In this document: positions 1-14,900 of the stretch, piece by piece
How the letters are laid out: every line of letters starts with the position of its first letter
Position numbering within the stretch: the first letter of the stretch is position 1
Source: Candidatus Omnitrophota bacterium
Lineage (GTDB): Bacteria > Omnitrophota > Gorgyraeia > Duberdicusellales > 4484-171
Assembly (NCBI GenBank): GCA_016935525.1
Contig: JAFGQU010000022.1
Span: 78,471-120,448 of the forward strand
Direction of reading: 5' to 3'
DNA: 41,978 nt
Notes under the pieces: generated by a model
Database searches by the model: none
What the model saw: only the letters and a program-made list of their open reading frames with translations
What the model was told of the DNA's origin: nothing
Made by a program: the position numbers and the translations under genes

Positions 1-821
1 TCACAGATCCGGTCCAGCAGGGTCTGGATCCCTTTATTTTTAAACGCGCTCCCGCACAATACCGGAGTGATCTTGCTTTTAAGGGTGTAGGTCCGTATAG
101 TCTGGATGATCTCTTCTTCGCTGAACTGTTTTCCTTCAAGAAACGCATGCATAAATCCATCATCGATCTCACTGAGCTGTTCAATGATCTTTTCGCGATA
201 CTGGGCCGCTTTTTCTTTTAAAGAGTCGGGGATCTCTTTCAACAGCAGGTTCACGCCTAACTCGTCTTCATAGTATATCGCTTTATTTCTTATCAGATCG
301 ACAATACCGACAAACTCGTCATCTTCATGTATAGGCAGAGTCACTACCAGCGGATGCGCGGCAAGTTTTTCTTTCATCTCTTCGATGACATTATAAAAAT
401 CGGCGCCGGCCCGGTCCATCTTGTTCACAAAAGCCATCCGGGCGACTTTATATTTATCGGCCTGCCGCCATACGGTTTCGGATTGAGGTTCGACTCCGCC
501 GACCCCGCAGAAGATCACCACCGCTCCGTCCAATACTTTGAGAGAACGCTCTACTTCTACGGTAAAATCGATATGGCCGGGGGTATCGATAATATTGATA
601 TTACAATCTTTCCATTGACAATACGTAGCCGCGCTGGTAATAGTGATGCCGCGTTGCCGTTCCTGCTGCATCCAATCGGTCGTAGTCGTCCCGTCATGGA
701 CTTCCCCGATCTTATATAACCGCCCGCTGTAATATAAGATCCTCTCGGTAGTCGTGGTCTTACCGGCATCAATATGCGCTACAAACCCGATATTGCGGAT
801 AAATTGTAATTCTTCTTTCAT
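1..821 (-). CDS. fusA: Elongation factor G (5' part, runs off the window)
   Basis: Manual translation from ATG at 821: [31 protein letters not shown] (G1 motif); follows rpsL-rpsG; not in ORF track because it is truncated. Confidence 0.97.
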   Translation of the reverse strand, partial: MKEELQFIRNIGFVAHIDAGKTTTTERILYYSGRLYKIGEVHDGTTTTDWMQQERQRGITITSAATYCQWKDCNINIIDTPGHIDFTVEVERSLKVLDGAVVIFCGVGGVEPQSETVWRQADKYKVARMAFVNKMDRAGADFYNVIEEMKEKLAAHPLVVTLPIHEDDEFVGIVDLIRNKAIYYEDELGVNLLLKEIPDSLKEKAAQYREKIIEQLSEIDDGFMHAFLEGKQFSEEEIIQTIRTYTLKSKITPVLCGSAFKNKGIQTLLDRIC

Positions 822-889
822 CTCAGTCTGAATATTCACGTTCGGTACCCTGTCTCGCTCAACGCTGTTATTTTTTACTGCTTGTTCCC

Positions 890-1357
890 TTAAAATTTAA
901 AATGAGCAAATGCTTTGTTGGATTCAGCCATCTTATGAGTATCATCTTTCTTCTTGATGACCCCGCCTTCGTTCTTATATGCCGAGGTGATCTCGTCAGC
1001 GAGTTTAGTACTCATCGGTTTCCCTTTTTTGGCCCGGGCAAAATCACGCATCCAGCGTAACGCGATAAAAATACCCCGGTCTTTCGGCACTTCTATCGGC
1101 ACCTGGTACGTAGCCCCCCCGATCCGGCGCGGTTTTACCGCAACCCGGGGACGAGCATTCTCCAGTGCTGAAAAAAACACTTTTTCCGGGTCTTCTTTGA
1201 ACCGCTCGTGCACAGCGTCAAACGCATCGTAGATGATCTTCTGAGCGATAGACTTTTTCCCGTCAAGCATGATGATATTGATGAACCGGCCGATAGTGGT
1301 CGAATCGTATTTAGGATCAGCTAATGGTTCGCGTTTTGGCGCTCGTCGCCTTCTCAT
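890..1357 (-). CDS. rpsG: 30S ribosomal protein S7
   Basis: [11 protein letters not shown] and [10 protein letters not shown] motifs; likely start ATG 1357 after AAGGAGG (track start 1411 is too long). Confidence 0.97.
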   Translation of the reverse strand: MRRRRAPKREPLADPKYDSTTIGRFINIIMLDGKKSIAQKIIYDAFDAVHERFKEDPEKVFFSALENARPRVAVKPRRIGGATYQVPIEVPKDRGIFIALRWMRDFARAKKGKPMSTKLADEITSAYKNEGGVIKKKDDTHKMAESNKAFAHFKF

Positions 1358-1371
1358 GGTACCTCCTTTTA

Positions 1372-1456
1372 AACACAGATGATCGCAGATTCCCAATATA
1401 CAGATGAACACAGATATCTGTGACCTGCTGTATGTTCCTTCTGCGTTTTTCTGCGG
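1372..1456. repeat. Imperfect palindromic element with CAGAT/ATCTG units
   Basis: CAGAT at 1376, 1386, 1401 and 1411, mirrored by TCTG units at about 1417, 1440 and 1450, in the rpsL-rpsG gap. Confidence 0.6.
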
Positions 1457-1468
1457 ATCTTCATTCGA

Positions 1469-1846
1469 TTATCCTTTTTTAGGTCGTTTTGCCCCGTATT
1501 TTGAACGGGACCGTTTACGGTTCTGCACCCCTTGGGTATCCAGTGATCCCCGTACAATATGGTAACGTACTCCCGGCAGATCTTTTACCCGTCCGCCCCT
1601 TACCACCACTATAGAATGTTCCTGCAGATTATGTCCTTCACCGGGAATATACGCGGTAACTTCAGCCGCATTGGTAAGCCGGACACGCGCTACTTTACGT
1701 AATGCCGAGTTCGGTTTTTTCGGGGTCATGGTCCTTACCTGGATACATACTCCCCGTTTCTGAGGACAAGATTTAAGCGCGGGAGATTTAGTCCGTTTGA
1801 TCTTAGGTTCCCGCTTTTTACGAATCAATTGCGCTATTGTTGGCAT
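1469..1846 (-). CDS. rpsL: 30S ribosomal protein S12
   Basis: [11 protein letters not shown] and [11 protein letters not shown] motifs. Confidence 0.99.
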   Translation of the reverse strand: MPTIAQLIRKKREPKIKRTKSPALKSCPQKRGVCIQVRTMTPKKPNSALRKVARVRLTNAAEVTAYIPGEGHNLQEHSIVVVRGGRVKDLPGVRYHIVRGSLDTQGVQNRKRSRSKYGAKRPKKG

Positions 1847-4800
1847 TTTTTCACCTCAACACTCCTATATTCCTTTAAACCCGTACCTGCCGGGACCAGA
1901 TGCCCGACAATCACATTTTCCTTTAACCCTTTCAGAGGATCTATTTTACCGCTGGCACTCGCTTCCGTCAGCACCCGGGTCGTTTCCTGAAAGCTCGCCG
2001 CCGAGATAAAACTGTCGGTACTGAGCGAAGCTTTAGTAATACCCAGAAGTAGCGGAGACGCGGTTGCCGGTTTTCCGTTTTTCTTCAGCATCTTTTCGTT
2101 CTCTTTTTTAAAAACCCATTTATCCACATTCTCTCCAGGCAAAAATGAAGTATCCCCGGCCTCCACGATATGCACTTTTTTCAGCATTTCCCGGATAATC
2201 GTTTCGATATGTTTATCATTGATCCGGACCCCCTGGAGACGGTACACTTCCTGGATCTCGTTGACTAAATATTCCTGTAACACTTTATCGCCGCACACCC
2301 GTAAGATATCCTGTAACACGATAGGCCCTTCGGTCAACTGCTGACCGGCTACCACTTTATCTCCTTTATACACGATCGGATGTGTCCCGATAGGTAACGT
2401 ATAATCTTTCTTCATCCCGGTAGGGCTGCGTACGATGATCTTCCGTTCGCCTTTTTCTTCGCTGAACTCGACAAACCCTTCGATTTCACTGATGATCGCC
2501 GGGTTTTTCGGACGCCGGGCTTCGAACAATTCGGCGACTCTCGGTAATCCACCGGTAATATCACGGGTCTTTGCGACTAACCGGGGAGTTTTGGCAACGA
2601 TATCTCCGGCTTCCAAAGGCGCTTTTTCTTCAACCATGATATGCGCGCCGGTAGGTAAAGGATATATCCCTAACACTTCATCAGTCTCCGACAAGATCAG
2701 GATCTGAGGGTGATAATCACCTTTAAATTCTACGACGACTCTTTCTTTACGGCCGGTAGTAAGGTTCATTTCTTCCTGGATCGTTACTCCATCGATGATA
2801 TCTTCATATTTTACTTTACCGGCGACTTCAGTAAGGATCGGTGATGAATAAGGGTCCCACCGGACAAATATCTTATCTTTTTCCACCTGCCCGTTATCTT
2901 CGACATATATGAAGGAGCCTTGAGGGACCGGGTTACGCTGCAATTCAATACCCCGGTCATCGACGATACTGATCATACCGTTACGGTTCAGGACTACGAA
3001 CATTTTATTTTTCGCGGCAGTTTTCAATGAATGGTATCTCACTCCCCCGGACTCTTTTGCCTTGATGAATGAACGTTCAGCGACACGGGATGCGGTTCCG
3101 CCGATATGGAACGTACGCATAGTAAGCTGAGTACCCGGTTCACCGATAGATTGCGCGGCGATTACTCCTACCGCTTCCCCTATTTCGACCATTTTCCCGG
3201 AAGCGAGATTCCTTCCGTAACATTTCGCGCATACGCCGCGTTCGGCCTCACAGGTAAGTACGCTGCGAATACGGATCTTTTCAAGCCCTAACCGTTCTAT
3301 CTTTTCAGCGATCTCATCGGTAATGATCTCACCGGTCTTCAAGATCTCTTCGTCGCTGACAATATCTACAATATTATCCAATCCCACTCTGCCCACAATA
3401 CGTTCAGGAAGCGGAACGACTACTTCATCGCCTTCGACGATCTCCGAAACCGTAATCCCGTTTACCGTCCCGCAATCCGGCTGGATAATGATGACTTCCT
3501 GAGCTACATCGACCAGACGGCGGGTAAGATACCCGGCATCCGCCGTTTTGAGCGCTGTATCGGCAAGCCCTTTACGGGCACCGTGAGTAGAAATAAAAAA
3601 TTCAAGCACAGTAAGGCCTTCCCGGAAACTGGACGTAATCGGGTTTTCGATGATCTCACCGGAAGGTTTCGCCATAAGGCCGCGCATCCCCGCAAGCTGG
3701 CGGATCTGAAGTTTAGAACCACGCGCGCCGGAATCAGCCATCATAAATATAGGATTAAAATGGTCAAGACTCCGAAATACCATATCGGAAACTCGATCAG
3801 TCGTTTTAGTCCAGATGTCTATGATTTTATTGTGTCGTTCCCGTTCGGTAATAATACCCTTTTTATATTGGTCCTGTACCCGGGAGACTTCTTCGGTCGC
3901 TTCCTGGATACATTCCTGTTTTTGTTCAGGGATCGTCAGGTCATTAATTCCCATACTCACTCCGCCCAGAGTCGCATATTCAAACCCGATATCTTTCAAG
4001 TCATCTACCAGGACAATAGTCCGGTGATGGCCGAACCGATGGTAACAATCGGTAATGATCTGGGAAACATTCTTTTTTCCCAATATTTCGTTCATGAACC
4101 CATATCCTTCGGGCAATATCTGGTTAAAAATGATCCGGCCAACAGTGGTATCGATAAGTTTAGTCTCACCGTTCTCTTTTATCCGTACTTTTACTTTTGC
4201 GTGTAACTCTACCTCTTCGTCCTGATACGCCGTTACCGCTTCTTCCGCGGAAGAGAAGATCAGCCCCTGTCCGATCGCGTCATTTTTTTCGACAGTCAAG
4301 AACCGGCAACCAAGAATAATATCCTGGCTGGGAGTGATGATCGGGCGGCCGTCAGCCGGGGAGAATACATTGTTTACCGAAAGCATGATCAATTTTGCTT
4401 CCGACTGAGCTTCTAAAGAAAGCGGGACATGTACTGCCATCTGGTCACCGTCAAAATCAGCGTTAAATGCCGCGCAGACCAGCGGATGCAGACGGATCGC
4501 TTTACCTTCCACAAGTGTCGGATAAAATGCCTGGACACTCAACCGGTGTAAGGTAGGCGCGCGATTCAGTAATACCGGATGCCCCTGGATGACTTCTTCC
4601 AGGATATCCCAGACTTCGACCCGGGCCCGTTCTACCATCCGGCGGGCGCCTTTAATGGTATGCACAAACCCCTTTTCGCGTAATTTTTTAATAATAAACG
4701 GTTCAAATAATTCTAAAGCCATCTGTTTAGGAAGGCCGCATTGATGCAATTTAAGTTCCGGACCGACCACGATGACGCTCCGGCCGGAATAATCTACGCG

Positions 4801-5807
4801 TTTACCTAAAAGATTCTGACGAAACCGTCCCTGTTTCCCTTTCAACATATCCGAAAGGCTTTTTAACGGACGGTTCTGATGTCCCATGACCGGACGGCCA
4901 TGCCGGCCGTTTTCCAGAAGAGCGTCAACCGCTTCCTGGAGCATCCGTTTTTCGTTACGGATGATGATCTCCGGAGCACCCAGAGTGATGAGTTTACGTA
5001 AACGATTATTACGGTTGATTACCCTCCGGTAGAGATCGTTTAGATCGGAAGAAGCAAACCGTCCGCCTTCCAGAGGAACAAGCGGCCTTAAATCCGGAGG
5101 GATCACCGGAACGACTTCCAGGACCATCCATTCGGCATTGTTGCCCGACCGGTTAAAATCTTCGATGATCTTGAGCCGGCGAAGTAGTTTTTTATTTAAA
5201 GAAGCGGTCTTACTGTTTTCAATATCCTTACGGATAGTCTTTCCTAACTTAGTCAGATCAAGAGAACTGAGCAATTCCCGGATAGCATCGGCACCGATCT
5301 TTGTCTTAAAATTACCTTTTCCGTATTCCCCCAACGCTTTTTGATACTCGTCTTCAGACAAAAGCTGCCCCTGCTTTAAAGGAGTCTCACCGGGATCGAT
5401 CACGATATGTTCTTCATAATAAATGACTTTTTCCAATTCTTTAATACTGAGATCGAGAAGGGCTCCGATGCGGGAAGGCAGGACTTTAAAAAACCAGATA
5501 TGCGTACAGGGAGCGGCAAGGTCGATATGGGCCATTCTTTGTCGGCGGATCGAAGAATGCATGACTTCGACACCGCAACGATCGCATTTCATGCCTTTGA
5601 ACTTGATCCCTTTCAGTTTTCCGCAATGACATTCCCAATCTTTTACCGGCCCGAAAATGCGTTCGCAGAAAAGCCCGTCTTTTTCCGGTTTTAATGTACG
5701 ATAATTCAGGGTCTCCGCTTTCTTTACTTCACCGCTGGACCAACTGCGAATGATCTGCGGAGAAGCTAAACGAACCGTTATCTTATCAAAAAAGGTTGCC
5801 TCTTCAA

Positions 5808-5811
<4 letters not shown>
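1834..5811 (-). CDS. rpoC: RNA polymerase beta' subunit
   Basis: NADFDGD catalytic motif, N-terminal Zn finger, 1325 aa. Confidence 0.99.
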
Positions 5812-9227
<3,416 letters not shown>

Positions 9228-9245
9228 TTACACCTTCCTTATGTT

Positions 9246-9312
9246 GATTCCGGTGATTAAATAAGGATTACGGTGATTTTTCACCATCACTGTAATCAGT
9301 CCTGTAATCCCT
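9246..9312. repeat. GATTACGGTGATT-type palindromic element
   Basis: 13-mers at 9246 and 9266 with inverted ATCACTGTAATC at 9286; the same 13-mer pair at the same 20-bp spacing recurs at 33603 and 33623. Confidence 0.6.
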
Positions 9313-9318
9313 GACATA

Positions 9319-9699
9319 TTATTTCAGCTCGACTTGAGCGCCGGCAGCTTCTAACTTCTTTTTAATCTCTTCAGCTTCTTCTTTAGTGACTCCTTCTTTT
9401 ACCGCTTTCGGCGCCGAATCGACCAGGTCTTTCGCTTCTTTCAAACCCAACTCGGTAATAGCGCGGATCTCTTTAATCACCGCGATCTTATTGGCGCCGG
9501 CCGCTTTCAATTCAACCGTAAAGGCAGTCTTTTCCTCGACTTCTTCGGCAGGAGCAGCGGCGACCCCGGCGACTGCGCCGGCCATCATCGGAGCACTGGC
9601 GGTTACGCCGAACTTTTCTTCGCACTGTTTTACGAGTTCCGAAAGTTCTAACACTGTCAATCCTTCAATTACTTTCAATACATCTTCTACTTTTGACAT
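9319..9699 (-). CDS. rplL: 50S ribosomal protein L7/L12
   Basis: [10 protein letters not shown] motif, Ala-rich hinge, AAGGAGG RBS. Confidence 0.99.
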   Translation of the reverse strand: MSKVEDVLKVIEGLTVLELSELVKQCEEKFGVTASAPMMAGAVAGVAAAPAEEVEEKTAFTVELKAAGANKIAVIKEIRAITELGLKEAKDLVDSAPKAVKEGVTKEEAEEIKKKLEAAGAQVELK

Positions 9700-9726
9700 A
9701 GGTCCCTCCTTTAATGAGCAGACAAC

Positions 9727-10053
9727 TTACGGAACGACGTGGACACAAGTTGTAGTCCGTAAGGAGGTCTGCGAATTAAACCCTTGACATTTTTCTTGAG
9801 AAAATGAACCCATCATTTTCTCTATAGTTTCCATTCTTGTCTTGCCGCTTTTAAACTGCATCTCTCTTTTAAAAACGGCTGAACGAGAACTAAACTTTTC
9901 AAAATAAACCAAACGTAGAGGCCGTTTGTTTTTAGTTGAGAAAACTTGTCCCTTAAAATGGGAAAGAACACGTTTTTTCAGATCGTTGGTATGGCCATAA
10001 TATTTAGTGCCATCGCTGCATTGTAAAATATAAAAATAGTACTCCCTATTCAT
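9727..10053 (-). CDS. Small GIY-YIG nuclease family protein
   Basis: YFYILQCSDGTKYYGHT..L.KR..H and the later conserved Glu (KRE) fit the GIY-YIG (UPF0213-like) pattern. Confidence 0.88.
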   Translation of the reverse strand: MNREYYFYILQCSDGTKYYGHTNDLKKRVLSHFKGQVFSTKNKRPLRLVYFEKFSSRSAVFKREMQFKSGKTRMETIEKMMGSFSQEKCQGFNSQTSLRTTTCVHVVP

Positions 10054-10077
10054 AGAAAAATGTCAAGGGTCGAATTC
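9773..10077. mobile_element. Putative mini-element: GIY-YIG gene bounded by 24-bp inverted repeats
   Basis: GAATTAAACCCTTGACATTTTTCT (9773-9796) versus AGAAAAATGTCAAGGGTCGAATTC (10054-10077): 22/24 reverse-complement match; interrupts rplJ-rplL. Confidence 0.6.
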
Positions 10078-10112
10078 CACTACAGATTTTTATTCGCTGA
10101 TCCTCTAAAAAT

Positions 10113-10655
10113 CTAAGTGTCATTTGACTCTTTTTTCTTTTTAATCTCATTTATAACCCATAAAAACTTCACGATTACCTGATTCATAGAAGAAACGAAT
10201 CCCGTGAGAGGCGCGGCAATGGTCGAAACTGCCATCCCCAGCAACACTTCCCGGGAAGGAAGCTTCGCGAGCGATTGGATATCTTTTTTAGTCAACGTAT
10301 CTTCTTTTAAATAACCGCCTTTCACATCGATCACGCCTTCGTTTTCGGCGGCAAAATCAACGAGCAATTTACAGGCTTTTACCACATCCTCATCATAGAT
10401 AAAAACGACTCCCCGGGTATCGTCAAATAATTCAGGAGCACCGTCCTTACTGACCGACTCAAAAGCGCGATGGATCAATGACTTTTTAGCAACAAAAATT
10501 TTAGCGTTCAGTTTACTTAAACTATTGCGTAATGTATTAAACGGGAATGCTTTCAATTTTTCGAAACTTACGAATACGCACCCGTTCGCCCGCCCGTAAT
10601 TATTCTGGACAGTTTCGATGATCTTCTCTCGGTATAATAAACCTACTTTTTTCAT
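10113..10655 (-). CDS. rplJ: 50S ribosomal protein L10
   Basis: LAKLPSREVL motif; position between rplA and rplL. Confidence 0.93.
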   Translation of the reverse strand: MKKVGLLYREKIIETVQNNYGRANGCVFVSFEKLKAFPFNTLRNSLSKLNAKIFVAKKSLIHRAFESVSKDGAPELFDDTRGVVFIYDEDVVKACKLLVDFAAENEGVIDVKGGYLKEDTLTKKDIQSLAKLPSREVLLGMAVSTIAAPLTGFVSSMNQVIVKFLWVINEIKKKKESNDT

Positions 10656-10659
10656 GACT

Positions 10660-11340
10660 CTACACCTGGACTTTTACACTGGGACTCATCGTTAAAGAAA
10701 GATACACATTTCCCATAAAATCGCCTTTGACGCTTGAAGGCCTTGCCGCTTTTAACGCATCAAGGAAAGCTATGACGTTTTCTTTAAGCGCCTTAGCCGA
10801 AAACGACACTTTACCGACACCGACATGAATACATCCGGCTTTATCCATACGGAAGTCTATTTTTCCTTTTTTCGCTTCGTTCACCGCGAACGCGACATTA
10901 TCGGTAACCGTACCGGTCTTAGTCGAAGGCATAAGCCCTCTCGGCCCCAGTACTCGTCCCAGACGGCTCACTACCGGCATCGATTTCGGCGTGGCGATAC
11001 AATAATCGAAATCCAGCCAGTTCTCTTTTGTGATCTTATCGGCAATATCCTGTCCGCCGACAAAATCAGCTCCGGCATCTTTGGCGTCTTTTTCTTTTTC
11101 CGGTTCACAAAATACGAGAATACGTATTTTTTTACCGGTCCCATGCGGCAATACTACCGCCCCCCGGACGATCTGATCGGATTTAGAAGCATCCACATTC
11201 AACTTACAGGCGATCTCTAACGTCTGGTCAAATTTCGGTTGCGGGGTCTCAAGCAGGACCGCCAAAGCTTCTTCCAGAGAGTACACTTTATTAGGATCAA
11301 CCAATTTTGTAGCCGCTTCGAACCGTTTGCCCTGTTTCAT
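10660..11340 (-). CDS. rplA: 50S ribosomal protein L1
   Basis: VVLPHGTGK and LGPRGLMP motifs; likely start ATG 11340. Confidence 0.98.
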   Translation of the reverse strand: MKQGKRFEAATKLVDPNKVYSLEEALAVLLETPQPKFDQTLEIACKLNVDASKSDQIVRGAVVLPHGTGKKIRILVFCEPEKEKDAKDAGADFVGGQDIADKITKENWLDFDYCIATPKSMPVVSRLGRVLGPRGLMPSTKTGTVTDNVAFAVNEAKKGKIDFRMDKAGCIHVGVGKVSFSAKALKENVIAFLDALKAARPSSVKGDFMGNVYLSLTMSPSVKVQV

Positions 11341-11342
11341 GG

Positions 11343-11786
11343 TCAACTCTCTTTCACCTTGATACCGCAACTACGGGCAGTACCCGCGATGATCTTCACC
11401 GCCTGATCGATATCAATACAATTTAAATCTTCCATTTTCTGTTTCGCGATCTCAACGACCTGATCTCGGGTGACTTCCCCGATTATTTCCGTCCCGGTCT
11501 TTCCGCTGGCTTTGGCCAGATTTGCCGCCCGTTTCAGAAGAACCGATGCCGGCGGGCTTTTAATGATAAAATCAAACGACCGGTCTTCATAGACGCTGAT
11601 GATTACCGGCAGAATAAGCCCTTCTCTTTGTTTTGTCCGTTCATTGAACGATTTACAGAATTGCATGATATTTACCCCATGCTGGCCTAACGCCGGGCCG
11701 ACCGGAGGTGCAGGGTTTGCTTGTCCGGCAGGTATCTGCAATTTTATCTGTCCGACTGGTTTTTTTCCTTTTTTCTTTTTCGCCAT
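11343..11786 (-). CDS. rplK: 50S ribosomal protein L11
   Basis: [15 protein letters not shown] motif. Confidence 0.99.
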   Translation of the reverse strand: MAKKKKGKKPVGQIKLQIPAGQANPAPPVGPALGQHGVNIMQFCKSFNERTKQREGLILPVIISVYEDRSFDFIIKSPPASVLLKRAANLAKASGKTGTEIIGEVTRDQVVEIAKQKMEDLNCIDIDQAVKIIAGTARSCGIKVKES

Positions 11787-11810
11787 CTTTTTCTCCGTAC
11801 ATTCTGTAAT

Positions 11811-11914
11811 AAATCCGAAACACGAAATCCGAAATCCTAAACAAATTCTAAACCATTAAAACGTTTGGAACATTCGAATTTGTTTCGATATTCGGATTTA
11901 GAATTTCGAATTTT
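11811..11914. repeat. Heptamer-periodic inverted-arm element
   Basis: AAATCCG AAACACG AAATCCG AAATCCT mirrored by TTTCGAT ATTCGGA TTTAGAA TTTCGAA between nusG and rplK. Confidence 0.7.
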
Positions 11915-11922
11915 AAAAGAAC

Positions 11923-12450
11923 TTATATTTTTTCTACTTGCCAAAACTCTAACTCGACCGGCGTCGTCCTGCCGAAAATAGATACCGATACTTTCAACTT
12001 TCCTTTCTCGGTATTGACTTCTTCGACTAGCCCGGTAAAATTCACAAACGGCCCCTCGATGACTCTCACGCTTTCCCCCTGTTCAAAGAGGACTTTAGGA
12101 GCCGGCTTCGCCTTACTTTCTTCGGCTTTTACCAATATTTTATCGACTTCATCCTGGGGGATCGGCAAAGGCCTCCTTCCCTGGCCGATAAAATTAGCGA
12201 TTCCCGGTGTGCGTTTTACGAATAACCACACCTCATCGTTCATTTCCATAAAAACAAGTATGTATCCGGGAAGGAATTTCCGTTCTAAAACCCGTTTTTT
12301 ACCCAAACGTACTTCGGTTATCTGTTCTTTGGGGATGATCACCTTTTCAATGAGTTCCTGCATGTTGAACGCATTGATCCTCGACTCAAGGTTTGCTTTT
12401 GCTTTTTCTTCGGCACCACTTAACGTATGGACAATATACCAGTTCTTCAT
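11923..12450 (-). CDS. nusG: Transcription antitermination factor NusG
   Basis: [17 protein letters not shown] motif VIEGPF and [10 protein letters not shown]. Confidence 0.99.
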   Translation of the reverse strand: MKNWYIVHTLSGAEEKAKANLESRINAFNMQELIEKVIIPKEQITEVRLGKKRVLERKFLPGYILVFMEMNDEVWLFVKRTPGIANFIGQGRRPLPIPQDEVDKILVKAEESKAKPAPKVLFEQGESVRVIEGPFVNFTGLVEEVNTEKGKLKVSVSIFGRTTPVELEFWQVEKI

Positions 12451-12461
12451 TTAGGTCGTGT

Positions 12462-12656
12462 CTATCGCAAAAACATCTGAATTAATTTTGAAAAGAGCAC
12501 ATCGAGAAGAGCAATATAGGTCGTCAACAATGCCGCGGCGATAATCACCACGATTGTCGCGTTCATTAACTCCGGTTTCGAAGGCCAATTCACCTTTTTG
12601 ATTTCCGCGCGGACTTCGTTAAAAAATTGAGGAATTTTTGCTATTTTTCCAAACAT
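12462..12656 (-). CDS. secE: Preprotein translocase SecE
   Basis: EIKKVNWP plus one TM helix, upstream of nusG. Confidence 0.96.
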   Translation of the reverse strand: MFGKIAKIPQFFNEVRAEIKKVNWPSKPELMNATIVVIIAAALLTTYIALLDVLFSKLIQMFLR

Positions 12657-12674
12657 ATCGATTTAGTTTTTACA

Positions 12675-12748
12675 CAGGCCCGGGGCGAGTTGAACGCCCA
12701 ACCCCTGGTTTTGGAGACCAGTGCTCTAGCCAATTGAGCTACAGGCCT
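12675..12748 (-). tRNA. tRNA-Trp (CCA)
   Basis: Cloverleaf AGGCCTG TA GCTC..GAGC A CTGGT CTCCAAA ACCAG..GGGCG TTCAACT CGCCC CGGGCCT G; canonical position before secE; 3' CCA not encoded. Confidence 0.95.
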
Positions 12749-12762
12749 AGCACTTATTTCAA

Positions 12763-12915
12763 TTACGCCTTTGTTTCTTTATGGTCAAGGTGCTGACGGC
12801 AAAACCGGCAGAACTTCTTGAGAGTAAACTTTTCCGGATGTTTACGCTTATTTTTGGTGGTGTAATAGTTTTTTCTTTTACATGTTGTACAGGAAAGTGC
12901 GACTAACTCTCTCAT
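12763..12915 (-). CDS. rpmG: 50S ribosomal protein L33 (Zn-binding CxxC..CxxC form)
   Basis: Manual translation MRELVALSCTTCKRKNYYTTKNKRKHPEKFTLKKFCRFCRQHLDHKETKA (50 aa; below ORF track cutoff). Confidence 0.96.
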   Translation of the reverse strand: MRELVALSCTTCKRKNYYTTKNKRKHPEKFTLKKFCRFCRQHLDHKETKA

Positions 12916-13003
12916 TGTATATAATTATTATTTTTATATACCAAAAAAATTAAAGAACCCCATCTCCACTTTTTGTGTGGTGTTTTGAAGTCTGATTTTT
13001 CCC

Positions 13004-13159
<156 letters not shown>

Positions 13160-13177
13160 AGCGTAAGCATGACCTTT

Positions 13178-13205
13178 ATGATACTATACGTTTTTTCTTT
13201 GTCAA
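13178..13205 (-). promoter_or_regulatory. Sigma70-type promoter for the tRNA-Thr/rpmG/secE cluster
   Basis: TTGACA-N16-TATCAT about 20 nt upstream of the outer tRNA 5' end. Confidence 0.65.
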
Positions 13206-13276
13206 GAATAAATTTAAAAAAATAGGGCCGAAAACAAAATGTAGTTCTTTTTGAGGTAAAATAAGCCTTACCTCCT

Positions 13277-14095
13277 TCAGCCGGCAGGAGGTTTTGAAGG
13301 GATTTTCAGAAACCCGTCAAGCAGGGTTTGAGCGCATTTGCCGACATGTTCAGCTATGATCAAGTCGGCAATCTCGTCTAACACGGTCGGTTGAGGGTTA
13401 ATTGTCACTATTTGCGCGCCGTTTTCTTTAGCATAATAAGGAAACGAAACCGCAGGATGTACCGTCCCGCTGGTACCGATACAAAGCAGCGTCTCGGCAT
13501 TCTCAATATATTGTTCGGCTTTTTCGATCTCATCCTGAGGCAGCATCTGGCCGAACAGTATGACGCTGGATTTCAACCGGCTGCCGCATACCGGACAAAG
13601 CCCCATCATATCTTTGATCACATGCACTATTTCCCGGGAACTTTTAGCTATTTGTAACCGCAATAAAGCCCCCTGTAACTGAGTTTTGGTAAGTGTTACT
13701 TCTTCCAGGCATTGCGGACAATAGAACCGATAAATATTCCCGTGCAATTCGGCTATATTGATGCTCCCGGCCTGATGATGCAGGCCATCGATATTCTGGG
13801 TGATCGTACCTAAAAGATACCCTTCACGTTCAAGTCGGCTAAGCAATATATGCGCAGGGTTCACCTTGGCCCGGACAATGATACCCAGAACATCCAGAAG
13901 AAATTCTTTTAACGCGACCGGGTCTTCTTTTAAAAGCCGGTCGATACCGGATTGTGAAACGTATTTTTGCGGGTCATATTTTTCCCACAATCCGTCTTCA
14001 CCGCGAAACGCCGGGATACCGCTTTCACAGGATAATCCGGCCCCGCAAAAAGCGACGACATTTCCGTTTTGGATCAAACGAACGATCTCATTCAT
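13277..14095 (-). CDS. cobB: NAD-dependent protein deacylase (Sir2 family)
   Basis: GAGLS..SGIP.FRG, TQNIDGLH, ELHG, CxxC..CxxC, IGTSG. Confidence 0.93.
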   Translation of the reverse strand: MNEIVRLIQNGNVVAFCGAGLSCESGIPAFRGEDGLWEKYDPQKYVSQSGIDRLLKEDPVALKEFLLDVLGIIVRAKVNPAHILLSRLEREGYLLGTITQNIDGLHHQAGSINIAELHGNIYRFYCPQCLEEVTLTKTQLQGALLRLQIAKSSREIVHVIKDMMGLCPVCGSRLKSSVILFGQMLPQDEIEKAEQYIENAETLLCIGTSGTVHPAVSFPYYAKENGAQIVTINPQPTVLDEIADLIIAEHVGKCAQTLLDGFLKIPSKPPAG

Positions 14096-14769
14096 ATTTT
14101 TACGATAAACGAAAGAGTCCGGTTCAAAGTCTTATCCCGACGGTAAGAAGGCAACCCGTATGTCGAACAATGGTTACACACATCCAGATCAAAAAAGTTG
14201 TGATCGGTAACCCCTATCCCGCGCATCTCTTTGCGTATAAACGCGATCGGGTCAAATTTTATCCCCTGGTCATCCTGAAAAAGATAAGGCTTAACACGGG
14301 CATATCCCCGGAATTCTTCGCCGACCCGGTAACAACACCGCCTCAGACCACATGCGGCAATCAGCTTAAATGAATCGCTCAATACCGGCATATTATGTAA
14401 TATTCCCGATTCTGCCGACCGCCACCCCATATGTATCGCACTGATCAACCCGCCTTTTTCATCCAGGCCCAATAACGGCAGACAATCGGCAGTTTTAACG
14501 ACAAGCACCAGATTCTTCCGGAACGTAAACAACCCGTCCCCTTCATATATACCCGGGCTATCGATCTGTTCTACTCCGGATGAATGGATCTGATTCAGAT
14601 AGGCGACGTCCAAAGGGAGATCGATAAAAGAAAGGGCTTTATAGATATCGTCGGGAAGGTTGCCGGCTAAACTGTGTTTAGTAAACCCGGCGATCACGGG
14701 TTTTTTAGTAAACCCTTCGACAAGATAGCAATGTTCTTTTTCGATAAGAGGCAAACAGTCAACGCGCAT
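14092..14769 (-). CDS. pgeF: PgeF/YfiH-family (laccase-domain) protein
   Basis: NQIHS, TADCLP, HMGW, CCYRVG and SYRR motifs; likely start ATG 14769. Confidence 0.88.
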   Translation of the reverse strand: MRVDCLPLIEKEHCYLVEGFTKKPVIAGFTKHSLAGNLPDDIYKALSFIDLPLDVAYLNQIHSSGVEQIDSPGIYEGDGLFTFRKNLVLVVKTADCLPLLGLDEKGGLISAIHMGWRSAESGILHNMPVLSDSFKLIAACGLRRCCYRVGEEFRGYARVKPYLFQDDQGIKFDPIAFIRKEMRGIGVTDHNFFDLDVCNHCSTYGLPSYRRDKTLNRTLSFIVKI

Positions 14770-14787
14770 CTTTTCTATCAAATCAAA

Positions 14788-14900
14788 ATAACCAATAACC
14801 AAGATACAAGATACAAACGAATACGTTCAATTTTTGTTTAGTTATTGGAATTTGGTGATTGGTCATTATTTGGTTACTGTTTCTTGGGATTTGGTTATTT
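14788..14900. repeat. Heptamer-periodic inverted-arm element
   Basis: ATAACCA ATAACCA AGATACA AGATACA mirrored by TTGGAAT TTGGTGA TTGGTCA ... TTGGTTAT. Confidence 0.65.

Noticed and set aside
11811-11914. Periodic repeats as a CRISPR array
   Set aside because: Degenerate 7-mers without constant repeats or unique spacers; no cas genes
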